The position numbers and the translations under genes are program-made. DNA of 64,000 bases, taken from the NCBI GenBank assembly GCA_016938015.1, contig JAFGVL010000072.1, positions 1,904-65,903 of the forward strand, read 5' to 3'. The notes under the pieces are model-generated. The model worked only from the letters and a program-made list of their open reading frames with translations, did no database searches and was not told where the DNA came from. The first letter of the stretch is position 1; the number at the start of each line of letters is the position of its first letter. Shown here in pieces: positions 52,848 through 61,478 of this stretch. Origin of the DNA: Paludibacteraceae bacterium (GTDB lineage: Bacteria; Bacteroidota; Bacteroidia; Bacteroidales; Paludibacteraceae).

Positions 52848-55334
52848 TTATTTTTTTACAATTACTTGATCTACAAACATTTTATCATTTGAAAGAATTT
52901 TTATGAGATAAACTCCTGTATTTAAATTTGATACGTTTATTTGATTTGAATTTTGAGAAGAAGCAACTAGTTGTCCGTTCATATTAAACAATCCAATTAC
53001 ATCTGCTTTAATTCCATCCACATTAATGCTATTTTTTGAAGGATTTGGATAAATACGAATATCCACAAGATTTTCATTTCCTTTTATATTAACTGTTGGG
53101 AAGTCTGTTTTAACTACTTTAAATGAGTCAAATTCAGTAGGTATACCTGCATCATTTACTGTATAGGTTGTAACATATATAGTATCTGCTGTTACTCTTA
53201 CATCACTAAAAGTAGGTTCTCCTGTTTGACCAAATTTGCCGGTAAACATTCCCCAATAATTAGTTATTTGATGAGCATTAAATGCAGCAGCCATTTGTGT
53301 AGAATCTCGTGGTTCGTATTTTTTCTTTCCGGCAGAGTTGTTCAAGAAAAATAAAGTGCCATTTTTTACATTGAAGATACCGCCTTGTTTTCCGGTCATA
53401 TTTTCGCGAACACCACCTGTAACGGTTTGAACTCCTCTATTGGCATCATTTACCAATGCAAAGTTATTAGTTACACCAATTACTTCATAAATATGGTCAT
53501 GTCCTTGAAAAGCCATGTCTATACCCACCTCATCAAAAATAGGAGCTAAAGCTTTACGAACTGTTTTTCCGTCTGAATCGCTTTGATGACTATTACTTCC
53601 TGTATAAATAGTTTTATGATAAAAAGCAATTTTCCATCTCACATTAGGATGAGCCGCAACTTCTGTACGGATAAAATTTTTCAAAGAATCCAAATATCCA
53701 ACTTTGCTGTAATCTTCGGTACTACAAGCAATAAATAAAGCATCACCATAAACAAAAGAGTAAACAGATCCCGGAGTTGTAGACATTTCTTGGTCAAAAT
53801 TTACTGCTTTTGTATTGAAATGGTTTGTTAAATTTTTATTAGAAGATTTATCATGATTTCCACAAATTGGAGCAATAGGTACATCTTTCCATACCGCTTT
53901 ATTTGTTTCAAACCATTGTTCCCATTCCCACTCAGAGTTAGTAGAACCCGGTGTTTCCACTAAATCTCCAGTCATCATACAAAAATCGATATTTGTCATT
54001 AAATTTTTTGCCTCAGCGATTGTTTTTTGAGAAACACCAAAATATTCATCGTTGTGAGCTTGAGTATCAGCAAGGTATAAAAATCTAAAATCATTTCCTG
54101 TAGTTGCGGTTGTAAATGTACCTACCGGACTCCATGCTCCGGGGTATCCTACTCGGTACGAATACAAGGTATTTGCAGTTAAACCTGTTGCTAAAGTTTT
54201 ATGAGAGGTATAATTTCTTTTTGAATTAGCAGTTATTCCTGCCAGTGTTGTTAAGTTATTATTACTAACAGTGTAATTCAAATTACGAATACCTAGGGTA
54301 TCGGCATTAAATACTAATGTTGCAGATTGAAAAGCAGTAGTATCGGCAACAGCACCCTGTAAAATCTCAACTCTACCCGGTAGTTCTCCTAAATTTGTAT
54401 ACCATGTAAATCCAAGTTGTGTTTTGGGGTCTCCGTTAATAGCCATCGAAACGGTATACGGCATTTTTTTATTTACTAAAGCAGTTTGAGCATTGATTAA
54501 AATTGCTGAATCACCTAAAATTCTATTATTTAAATACTTAATTTCTTCTCTTTTGTATAAAGTCCAAGAAGGAATAGTATAATCAGATTCTGTTACTCTG
54601 CTTGCAAATTCAGCAATTACTGAGTCTAATTGAGCAGTCAATTTCATTTCTTCACAAGCAGCAATAGAATCGGCAATGTATTGAGTTAAGTCATCTTCGG
54701 TCATTGTATATTCTATATAAAGTTTAGCTGCTGCAGTAGCTTCTCCTTCGAAAGATTCCACTTCGCGAGTACCTGTGCCTTTAATAAAGAACGTCATTGC
54801 ATTTCCCGTTTTCCAATTTGTTCTGTTAACTAAATTTTGTATTAAGCTTTTGATGTCGGAACTGGAATATCGTTCGTTTGAAGTACTAAATTCACCGGTT
54901 GGTATACTCCATAAAATGGAGTCATTTAGTTTTGGTCTGGATGTAAGAGCGAAGGGTTCACTGGTAGAACCATTAAAAGTAGCTGTACTATCTGAATTTT
55001 CTGCCAGAATATAAACAGTAAATAGATCAGTTGTTTTTGAGGTAGCATCTAATTCGAATTCTAAATAAGCATTGGTAATAGTTCTACTTTTTCCTATAGG
55101 AATGTTGTTAAAACGCACTCCAACCATTTGTTGGTTTGAGCCATCTTTGTTTTCACATCCCAGTTCTAAGTCACTACTATTATAATCTGTTTGACCGGCA
55201 TCAACACCCGTTAGCCATTCTTCAATATCATCACTGGCTTTGTTAACTTGCATACTAATAACTCTTTCTCTTGCAGTTAGAGGGTTGATTAGCATAAATA
55301 GGCTTATTATGCCCAATAAATAAACTCTTTTCAT
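52848..55334 (-). CDS. T9SS-secreted metallophosphoesterase (purple-acid-phosphatase-like) with a long N-terminal extension
   Basis: Signal peptide. Calcineurin-like motifs FLYLADTQ, MMTGDLVE, ICGNHD, FYHKTIY and FQGHDHIYE are preceded by an FN3-like PAP N-domain (YSYRVGYPGAWSPVGTFTT). The C-terminus is a T9SS type A sorting domain (IYPNPSKNSINVD...GVYLIKILSNDKMFVDQVIVKK). Confidence 0.82.
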   Translation of the reverse strand: MKRVYLLGIISLFMLINPLTARERVISMQVNKASDDIEEWLTGVDAGQTDYNSSDLELGCENKDGSNQQMVGVRFNNIPIGKSRTITNAYLEFELDATSKTTDLFTVYILAENSDSTATFNGSTSEPFALTSRPKLNDSILWSIPTGEFSTSNERYSSSDIKSLIQNLVNRTNWKTGNAMTFFIKGTGTREVESFEGEATAAAKLYIEYTMTEDDLTQYIADSIAACEEMKLTAQLDSVIAEFASRVTESDYTIPSWTLYKREEIKYLNNRILGDSAILINAQTALVNKKMPYTVSMAINGDPKTQLGFTWYTNLGELPGRVEILQGAVADTTAFQSATLVFNADTLGIRNLNYTVSNNNLTTLAGITANSKRNYTSHKTLATGLTANTLYSYRVGYPGAWSPVGTFTTATTGNDFRFLYLADTQAHNDEYFGVSQKTIAEAKNLMTNIDFCMMTGDLVETPGSTNSEWEWEQWFETNKAVWKDVPIAPICGNHDKSSNKNLTNHFNTKAVNFDQEMSTTPGSVYSFVYGDALFIACSTEDYSKVGYLDSLKNFIRTEVAAHPNVRWKIAFYHKTIYTGSNSHQSDSDGKTVRKALAPIFDEVGIDMAFQGHDHIYEVIGVTNNFALVNDANRGVQTVTGGVRENMTGKQGGIFNVKNGTLFFLNNSAGKKKYEPRDSTQMAAAFNAHQITNYWGMFTGKFGQTGEPTFSDVRVTADTIYVTTYTVNDAGIPTEFDSFKVVKTDFPTVNIKGNENLVDIRIYPNPSKNSINVDGIKADVIGLFNMNGQLVASSQNSNQINVSNLNTGVYLIKILSNDKMFVDQVIVKK

Positions 55335-55595
55335 TTTTCTTGTTTTTAATTAGTAATTTTTTTTAATTCGAGACAAAGTAAAGGGGATTTTGTTTCAGAA
55401 ATCAAACAAAAAAATGACGGAGGGTTTAAAATTACACTACTTATTTAGGTCTTTTATTAACATGAATAACAATACTGATACAGTTTTATTATTGGTACAT
55501 ACCAATAATATTTGTTTAGTTTAAATGTATGTGAACGAATATTTTAGTAGCTCTTGTGTGCTTGTCAATTTTTTACTGTTTAGTAAAATTTGCAC

Positions 55596-55631
55596 CAAAA
55601 AGAAAACGCAAACCTCTCAGTTTGCGTTTTC
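55596..55631 (-). terminator. Rho-independent terminator after phoU
   Basis: 12-bp stem GAAAACGCAAAC / GTTTGCGTTTTC (55602-55613 / 55620-55631). TTTTT follows on the minus strand. Confidence 0.85.
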
Positions 55632-55650
55632 TTTAAATTTCTTTAATTAA

Positions 55651-56319
55651 TTACACCTTTTTATTTTTTGAGTGTTTAATCACTTTTGCTTCGATATAGA
55701 ATACAATTTCTTCGGCAATATTTTGCACTTGGTCGCCTACACGTTCAAGTTTTCGGATAAAAGAAAGTAGTTGTAGGGTGTCGTTTATTTTTTCAGGATT
55801 TCGTTTAATTATGTCTGCAATAACGACATTTGCTTCACTGTTTACTTTATCTAAATATTCATCTTTTTTAAACACAGCAATGGCATTTTTGTTGTTTTCA
55901 CTTTCAAAGGATTCTAATGTTCCTCGGAGCATGTCAATGGCAATTTCAAACATTGAAATAACGTGTGTTTCGCGTAATACCTCTTTGCTAAAAGGTTCGC
56001 TTGTATTTTTAATACAACGGGTAATGCCTTTGGCATAATCGCCAATTCGTTCGAGGTTGTAATTGATTTTTAAAACGGAAAGTACAAAACGTAGGTCGTT
56101 TGCTAAAGGATTAAATAGCGCAAGAATGTTCTCACAATCCATGTCTAGTTTTAATTCGAATGCATCTACACGTTTTTCGTTGGCATTTATTTCGTTAGCT
56201 AAGTGTTCGTCGAAGGTTTCGATGGCGAGTTTTGCTTTTTCGAGTTGACTGATTACCAAACACCACATTTCAATGGTGTCGGTTTTTAATCGTTCTATTT
56301 CTATGTTTAAATGAGACAT
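55651..56319 (-). CDS. phoU: Phosphate signalling complex protein PhoU
   Basis: 222 aa with two PhoU repeats carrying the E/D-x-x-x-D motifs (ERIGDYAKGI and ERVGDQVQNIAEEI). Confidence 0.9.
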   Translation of the reverse strand: MSHLNIEIERLKTDTIEMWCLVISQLEKAKLAIETFDEHLANEINANEKRVDAFELKLDMDCENILALFNPLANDLRFVLSVLKINYNLERIGDYAKGITRCIKNTSEPFSKEVLRETHVISMFEIAIDMLRGTLESFESENNKNAIAVFKKDEYLDKVNSEANVVIADIIKRNPEKINDTLQLLSFIRKLERVGDQVQNIAEEIVFYIEAKVIKHSKNKKV

Positions 56320-56365
56320 ATTCAGTTAATTAATAATTAATAGTTAATAATTTTGAGAAAACTAC

Positions 56366-57124
56366 TTAACCGAAGCGACCTGTTATATAGTTTTGAGTGC
56401 GTAGGTTTGACGGATTGGTAAATATAGTTTTAGTATCGTCACATTCTATCAATTCGCCCATATAAAAGAAAGCTGTATTATCGCTTATTCTACCGGCTTG
56501 TTGCATATTGTGTGTTACAATAATAATGGTATAGTTTTTTTTCAGTTCGTATATTAAATCTTCAATTTTTGAAGTGGATATTGGATCTAATGCAGAAGCC
56601 GGTTCGTCCATTAAAATAATAGAAGGCTCAATGGCTAAAGCACGTGCAATACATAACCGTTGTTGTTGTCCTCCCGAAAGGGCTAATGCCGATTTTTTCA
56701 AGTTGTCTTTCACTTCATCCCACAAGGCGGCTTTTTTTAATGAAGATACTACTTTTTCTTCAATAATGTGTTTATCTTTTATTCCATCAATGCGTAACCC
56801 ATAGGCAACATTTTCGAAAATACTTTTTGGAAAAGGATTTGGTTTCTGAAAAACCATGCCAATTCTTTTTCGTAACTCGTTAACATCTACCGATTTATCG
56901 TAAACACTGATACCGTTGATATTGGTTTCGCCGGTTGTTTGCACTCCTTCAATTAAATCGTTCATGCGGTTAAAAGAGCGTAATAAAGTAGATTTTCCAC
57001 AGCCCGATGGTCCGATAAAAGCGGTAACCGTATTTTCTTCTGCCTGAAAGTTGATGTTTTTTAAGGCCTGAAAGTCACCGTAAAATAAATTGAAGTCTTT
57101 TGATTCTATAATTGTTGTTGGCAT
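56366..57124 (-). CDS. pstB: Phosphate ABC transporter ATP-binding protein
   Basis: Walker [10 protein letters not shown], signature [14 protein letters not shown], Walker [12 protein letters not shown], and the PstB-specific C-terminus TEDYITGRFG-like ([10 protein letters not shown]). Confidence 0.95.
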   Translation of the reverse strand: MPTTIIESKDFNLFYGDFQALKNINFQAEENTVTAFIGPSGCGKSTLLRSFNRMNDLIEGVQTTGETNINGISVYDKSVDVNELRKRIGMVFQKPNPFPKSIFENVAYGLRIDGIKDKHIIEEKVVSSLKKAALWDEVKDNLKKSALALSGGQQQRLCIARALAIEPSIILMDEPASALDPISTSKIEDLIYELKKNYTIIIVTHNMQQAGRISDNTAFFYMGELIECDDTKTIFTNPSNLRTQNYITGRFG

Positions 57125-57162
57125 ATTTTATTCAACTAGTTAAAACGAATTTTTGGGAGAAG

Positions 57163-58017
57163 TTAGTTCATTTTTTTCTCAAACTTATTTCTAATTAGTA
57201 TTGCTACCAGGTTCATAGAAAATGTAATTACCAATAAAACAATAATACCGGCAGCTGCATTTACAATAAACCCTGCTTGCGGTCTTGATATCCAATTGAA
57301 AATTTGAATAGGTAAAACTGAAAAATCATCCATAGGGCTTGTTGGTACAAAAGGTACATACGCCAAAGCTCCTACTACAATTAAAGGAGCGGCCTCGCCC
57401 ACTGCACGCGAAATAGATAGAATAATGCCTGTCATTATACCTCCCGAAGCAGCCGGTAATATTTGGTGCCTAATGGTTTGCCATTTCGTAGCACCCAGTG
57501 CATAAGAGGCATCTTTAATTAAATTGGGAACTGCTTTAAGAGCTTCTCTGGTTGCCACTATAATGATTGGCAATATAAGTAGAGATAAGGTTAAAGCGCC
57601 AGCCAGCAAGTTGCCTCCTAAGCCTATTGTTCTCGAAAAAACTTGAAGTCCGAGTAAACCATAAATGATAGATGGCACTCCGGCTAAGTTAGAAATGTTT
57701 ATTTCTAATATATTGGCAAAGCGATTTTTTTTCTGGTATTCTTCTAAATAAATGGCTGCTGAAACTCCTATCGGAATAGCAAATATGGCGGTAAGAAACA
57801 TGATCCAAACGGAGCCAACCATAGCCGTATAAATTCCCGATTTATCAGGAAACCGAGATGGAAGAGAGCTTAAAAAATCAAAACTAAGTCGGGATGCTCC
57901 CAAATACACAATATACCCAATGAATATGGCTAGTAAAACAATGCCAATAAAAGTATTTCCAATTCCCCAAAACTGGAAGCTTTTATCAATGAGTCTATTT
58001 TTTTTAGTGTTATGCAT
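57163..58017 (-). CDS. pstA: Phosphate ABC transporter permease PstA
   Basis: Second permease of the operon, with the EAA-loop region ASYALGATKWQTIRHQILPAA. I chose the start at Met14 (ATG 58017), which overlaps the pstC stop by 8 nt instead of 47 nt. Confidence 0.9.
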   Translation of the reverse strand: MHNTKKNRLIDKSFQFWGIGNTFIGIVLLAIFIGYIVYLGASRLSFDFLSSLPSRFPDKSGIYTAMVGSVWIMFLTAIFAIPIGVSAAIYLEEYQKKNRFANILEINISNLAGVPSIIYGLLGLQVFSRTIGLGGNLLAGALTLSLLILPIIIVATREALKAVPNLIKDASYALGATKWQTIRHQILPAASGGIMTGIILSISRAVGEAAPLIVVGALAYVPFVPTSPMDDFSVLPIQIFNWISRPQAGFIVNAAAGIIVLLVITFSMNLVAILIRNKFEKKMN

Positions 58018-58888
58018 ACTTACGTTGGTATTTTTTACGTAACCAAAAACTAACATTATTTAATAAAAACGTAAAAGCGAATAGGGTGATGCCTGCTGCA
58101 AATATCGTTCTGTATTCTAACGAATTATGAGGTACATCGCCTAAACTTACTTGTACAATATAGGCCGAAATGGTTTCGACCGGAACAAGAGGGTTGGCTG
58201 TTAAACGAGGTTGCTGTCCGGCGGCTATAGCCACAATCATGGTTTCGCCAATGGCTCTGGAAATGGCTAAAATAACAGAAACAATAATGCCCGAATTGGC
58301 GGCTGGTATGGTTACTCTAAAAACAGTTTGAAAGCGGGTAGCTCCCATACCATAAGAGGCTTCGCGTAAGTTTTTGGGTACGGCAAACAAAGCATCTTCG
58401 CTAAGCGACGAAATAAACGGTAATATCATAATAGCCATTACAATTCCTGCCGAGAGGGAATTAAAACCGGACATACCCGGAATAAACGATTGTAAAGCGG
58501 GAGTAACAATTATCAGTGCAAAAAATCCATATACCACAGAAGGTACTGCAGCCAACAACTCAAGAATGGGTTTTATTATTTTTCTAAATTTTTTATTGGC
58601 ATATTCATTTAGGTATACGGCAATGCTTAATCCAATTGGTAAGGCTATGGCAATAGCAATAAATGAGGTAAGCAGTGTACCGCTTAGTAAAGGTAAAATG
58701 CCAAAATGCTTATCGTCGAAGAGGGGTGTCCATTGTGTATCGGTAAGGAAATCGAAAAGCGGCACCTCTTCAAAAAATTGAATGGCTTCGTACAATAATA
58801 TACCAATAATTGATAGGGTGGTAAGTATTGTAAAAATGGCACTTGAAAACAAAAGTTTTTCAATGATATTTTCTTTTAACTTTTTCAA
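58010..58888 (-). CDS. pstC: Phosphate ABC transporter permease PstC
   Basis: First permease after pstS, with the EAA loop ASYGMGATRFQTVFRVTIPAA. Confidence 0.9.
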   Translation of the reverse strand: MKKLKENIIEKLLFSSAIFTILTTLSIIGILLYEAIQFFEEVPLFDFLTDTQWTPLFDDKHFGILPLLSGTLLTSFIAIAIALPIGLSIAVYLNEYANKKFRKIIKPILELLAAVPSVVYGFFALIIVTPALQSFIPGMSGFNSLSAGIVMAIMILPFISSLSEDALFAVPKNLREASYGMGATRFQTVFRVTIPAANSGIIVSVILAISRAIGETMIVAIAAGQQPRLTANPLVPVETISAYIVQVSLGDVPHNSLEYRTIFAAGITLFAFTFLLNNVSFWLRKKYQRKYA

Positions 58889-58909
58889 GATAATTGGTTT
58901 AAATTAATT

Positions 58910-58956
58910 AAAGCAAGGATTAGTTCGCATTTTAAAGGCTAACTAATCCTTGCTTT
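58910..58956 (-). promoter_or_regulatory. Intercistronic stem-loop between pstS and pstC
   Basis: Perfect 16-bp inverted repeat AAAGCAAGGATTAGTT / AACTAATCCTTGCTTT (58910-58925 / 58941-58956) with a 15-nt loop. It fills most of the 73-nt pstS-pstC gap. Confidence 0.75.
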
Positions 58957-58961
58957 TTAGC

Positions 58962-59909
58962 TTATTTTTTTGTTGTGGTATTAACAAAGGTTTCAAACTT
59001 TTTTAATTCTTCCGCATAAAGCTCATCAGCAAGAGGAATATAACCAATTTCTTTCGATAATACAGAAGCCGATTTTAGGTAGAAGTTCACAAAGGCTACA
59101 ACTTCAGGTCTTTGTGCAGCAGTACTGTTTACGTAAATATAAATTGGTCTTGATAGCGGGCTGTATGTTTTGTTTTTTATTGTTTCAAAAGTTGGCGAGA
59201 CAGGTCCATTACCATTATCAACAGGAACTAGTTTTAATGATTCTTTGTTTTCTTCATAATAAGCAAGTCCAAAAAATCCGAGGGCAAATTTATCGCCTTT
59301 AATACCTTGAACCAATACATTATCATCTTCACTGGCTGTGAAATCACCCCTGCTGGAGCCACTTTTTCCTACAATGACTTCTGTAAAATAATCGTATGTT
59401 CCCGAAGCAACACCGGGTCCGTATAAATGTATTTCTTCGTTTGGCCACTCTGCACGAATTTGGTTCCATTTTTTAATCACATTTTGTGCTTCCGGTTCCC
59501 ATATTTTTTTCAATTCTTCTACTGTAATATCTTTCACCCAGTGGTTAGCCGGATTTACAAGTACAGCCATACCATCGTAGGCTACAGGTATGCCGTGATA
59601 ATGGATGTTTTTTTCTTTACAAAGCTCTATTTCAGAATCTTTTATTAGTCTAGATGCATCAGAGATATCAGTTTCTCCACGTCCGAATTTTTTAAATCCA
59701 CCACCGGTTCCCGACACGCCAATAGTAATATCAACCTTTGGTTGTTCTGCTCTAAACTCTTCTGCTACAGCTTCTGTTAAAGGATATACAGTGCTGGAGC
59801 CATCAATTTTAATACTTCCGCTAAGCGTTGTTTTATCAGTCGATTTTGAATTACAAGCAGCAAATATCAATGATAATGCAGCTAAAAATAACACATTGTT
59901 TTTTTTCAT
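58962..59909 (-). CDS. pstS: Phosphate ABC transporter substrate-binding lipoprotein PstS
   Basis: Lipobox LIFAACN, plus GSSTVYPL and GTGGGFKKF, the PstS/PBP phosphate-binding motifs. Confidence 0.92.
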   Translation of the reverse strand: MKKNNVLFLAALSLIFAACNSKSTDKTTLSGSIKIDGSSTVYPLTEAVAEEFRAEQPKVDITIGVSGTGGGFKKFGRGETDISDASRLIKDSEIELCKEKNIHYHGIPVAYDGMAVLVNPANHWVKDITVEELKKIWEPEAQNVIKKWNQIRAEWPNEEIHLYGPGVASGTYDYFTEVIVGKSGSSRGDFTASEDDNVLVQGIKGDKFALGFFGLAYYEENKESLKLVPVDNGNGPVSPTFETIKNKTYSPLSRPIYIYVNSTAAQRPEVVAFVNFYLKSASVLSKEIGYIPLADELYAEELKKFETFVNTTTKK

Positions 59910-59928
59910 TTTTTTTCATTTTTAATTA

Positions 59929-59979
59929 TAGTACAAAGAAATGTTATAGATATTACAAAAACATTACAGCCTAATTACG
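59929..59979 (-). promoter_or_regulatory. Pho-box-like heptad array plus -7-like element upstream of pstS
   Basis: In gene orientation: CGTAATT-aggc-TGTAATG-tttt-TGTAATA-tcta-TAACATT-tctt-TGTACTA, on an exact 11-bp register. TTTCTTTG (59941 to 59934) resembles TAnnTTTG. The array ends 20 nt before the ATG. Confidence 0.6.
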
Positions 59980-59995
59980 CTACCGTAAAATTTTA

Positions 59996-61312
59996 TTAGA
60001 ATTTATATTGAACTCTGAGTGTAAAAACATTGTCTTTTCTATCTTTCGATAAGTCTTTAAGTGTGCTGTCATGCTTGCTGTTGATAGTAGTTTCGTTAGT
60101 AACCATATCGTAGTAGGCCATTATTTTAACGTGTTTGTTCCATTGGTAATTTAATCCGATTCCCAGTGTTGCATATTTAATGTCTGCTTCACCTGTTTTT
60201 TTATAGTCTGTAGGAGCAGGTAATCCAATTGTGTTTCCTGCAACATGTATATTTGGGTCGTATACATCGTATTTTACAACGGCTTGGAGTGCTGTTTTAA
60301 AAATATCTTGGATAAAGTATACATAATATCCCTCAAAGTTACGTGAGTAAGCATCTGCGTTAATGGCAGCTGTTAAGCTGGAAGAGCTTTTTTCAGTACT
60401 TGTTTGTGTTCCTAAAAGGTATTCTGCTCGAACTTGAGTTTTACCTAACCACCAATTTACACTTACTTGTCCATCAAACCCAATATATTCTCTATCTAAT
60501 TTAGAGCCATGTGCAATACTGTCTTTTACAAAAACGCTTTGTTCATTTACTTTTTTGGTTGTGTAAAGCGAGTCTGTTTTAGCCGAAAAACCTCCTATGT
60601 AATAAGAAGAACCAAGTCCCCATGAAAATTTTTTACTAGAACTGGTTTTGCTTACAGAAAGCCTTCCGCTAATATCTTTGTAAGCATCTGTTTCTACGTT
60701 TGGGCCGTTTCCGTTGAGTAATCCTACTTCTAGTTTTACTAGATTCCAGTTAGATGTTTTGGGTGCTTGAAAGCTGAGTTTCCCTCCTAAATCTCTTTCT
60801 CCGGGGAAAAGTGTTTGGTAAACACGCGAACGCTCCGGAGTTTCTCTAACGCTCGAAGAGTACGATATTTCATATCCAAAAGGACGATCGAAAATCCCAC
60901 CGGTTAGAGAAATTGTTTTTAACCACGGTTCAGTTATAGTTACATACGCATCTTTTATTCCTAAACCTTTTTCTGTCATGTCAAATTGTAATACCGCTTT
61001 AGAAAACTTATTGTCGTAAGTTAATTTTATACGTCCTCTACGTACCATAAAGCGATTATTTGTGCCTTTTCCGAAATTACCTCCGGCAAATGAAGAAATG
61101 CCTGCAGTATCTGCCAGTTGGTATTGTGCTTGCACATATCCGCTAATTTTTAATAATTTGCTTTTATTGAACTCAGATTGCAATTGGTTTACTAAAGGAA
61201 TTTCTGCTTCAATAGGAGCTTTTTCTTGTGAAAAAATAGTTCCGTTTGTACCTGCACTAAACAGAAGTATTACTGCAAATGCACTTTTACTGATTAAATT
61301 TTTTGTATTCAT
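59996..61312 (-). CDS. Outer-membrane porin, probably of the phosphate-selective porin O/P family
   Basis: Signal peptide, 438 aa, beta-strand periodicity, and a C-terminal aromatic TLRVQYKF. It sits immediately upstream of pstS and carries the same promoter box. Confidence 0.65.
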   Translation of the reverse strand: MNTKNLISKSAFAVILLFSAGTNGTIFSQEKAPIEAEIPLVNQLQSEFNKSKLLKISGYVQAQYQLADTAGISSFAGGNFGKGTNNRFMVRRGRIKLTYDNKFSKAVLQFDMTEKGLGIKDAYVTITEPWLKTISLTGGIFDRPFGYEISYSSSVRETPERSRVYQTLFPGERDLGGKLSFQAPKTSNWNLVKLEVGLLNGNGPNVETDAYKDISGRLSVSKTSSSKKFSWGLGSSYYIGGFSAKTDSLYTTKKVNEQSVFVKDSIAHGSKLDREYIGFDGQVSVNWWLGKTQVRAEYLLGTQTSTEKSSSSLTAAINADAYSRNFEGYYVYFIQDIFKTALQAVVKYDVYDPNIHVAGNTIGLPAPTDYKKTGEADIKYATLGIGLNYQWNKHVKIMAYYDMVTNETTINSKHDSTLKDLSKDRKDNVFTLRVQYKF

Positions 61313-61332
61313 TGTATTATTTATTTAATTAC

Positions 61333-61383
61333 AAATGCAAAGAAATGTAACTAATATTACAAAACAGTTACATGAAACTTACA
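61333..61383 (-). promoter_or_regulatory. Pho-box-like heptad array plus -7-like element upstream of the porin gene
   Basis: In gene orientation: TGTAAGT-ttca-TGTAACT-gttt-TGTAATA-ttag-TTACATT-tctt-TGCATTT, on an exact 11-bp register. TTTCTTTG runs from 61345 to 61338. The array ends 21 nt before the ATG. Confidence 0.6.
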
Positions 61384-61478
61384 AAAACATGAATATTGAA
61401 ATATGTGTTATAGTTCTATTAAAATAAGAAACACTGAAAATTTTATTTTATATTTGATGTTTTAATAGATAGCTGGTA

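Noticed and set aside
59901-59920. Tandem duplication TTTTTTCATT TTTTTTCATT creating a second ATG (59919) upstream of the pstS start
   Set aside because: The upstream ATG is out of frame with pstS, offset by 10 nt. The ATG at 59909 gives a canonical lipoprotein signal. This is probably slippage in an A/T run without coding consequence.
58374-59925. Plus-strand ORFs inside pstC and pstS (58374..58781, 59114..59302, 59427..59648, 59605..59925)
   Set aside because: They are antisense to unambiguous pst genes and are shadow frames.
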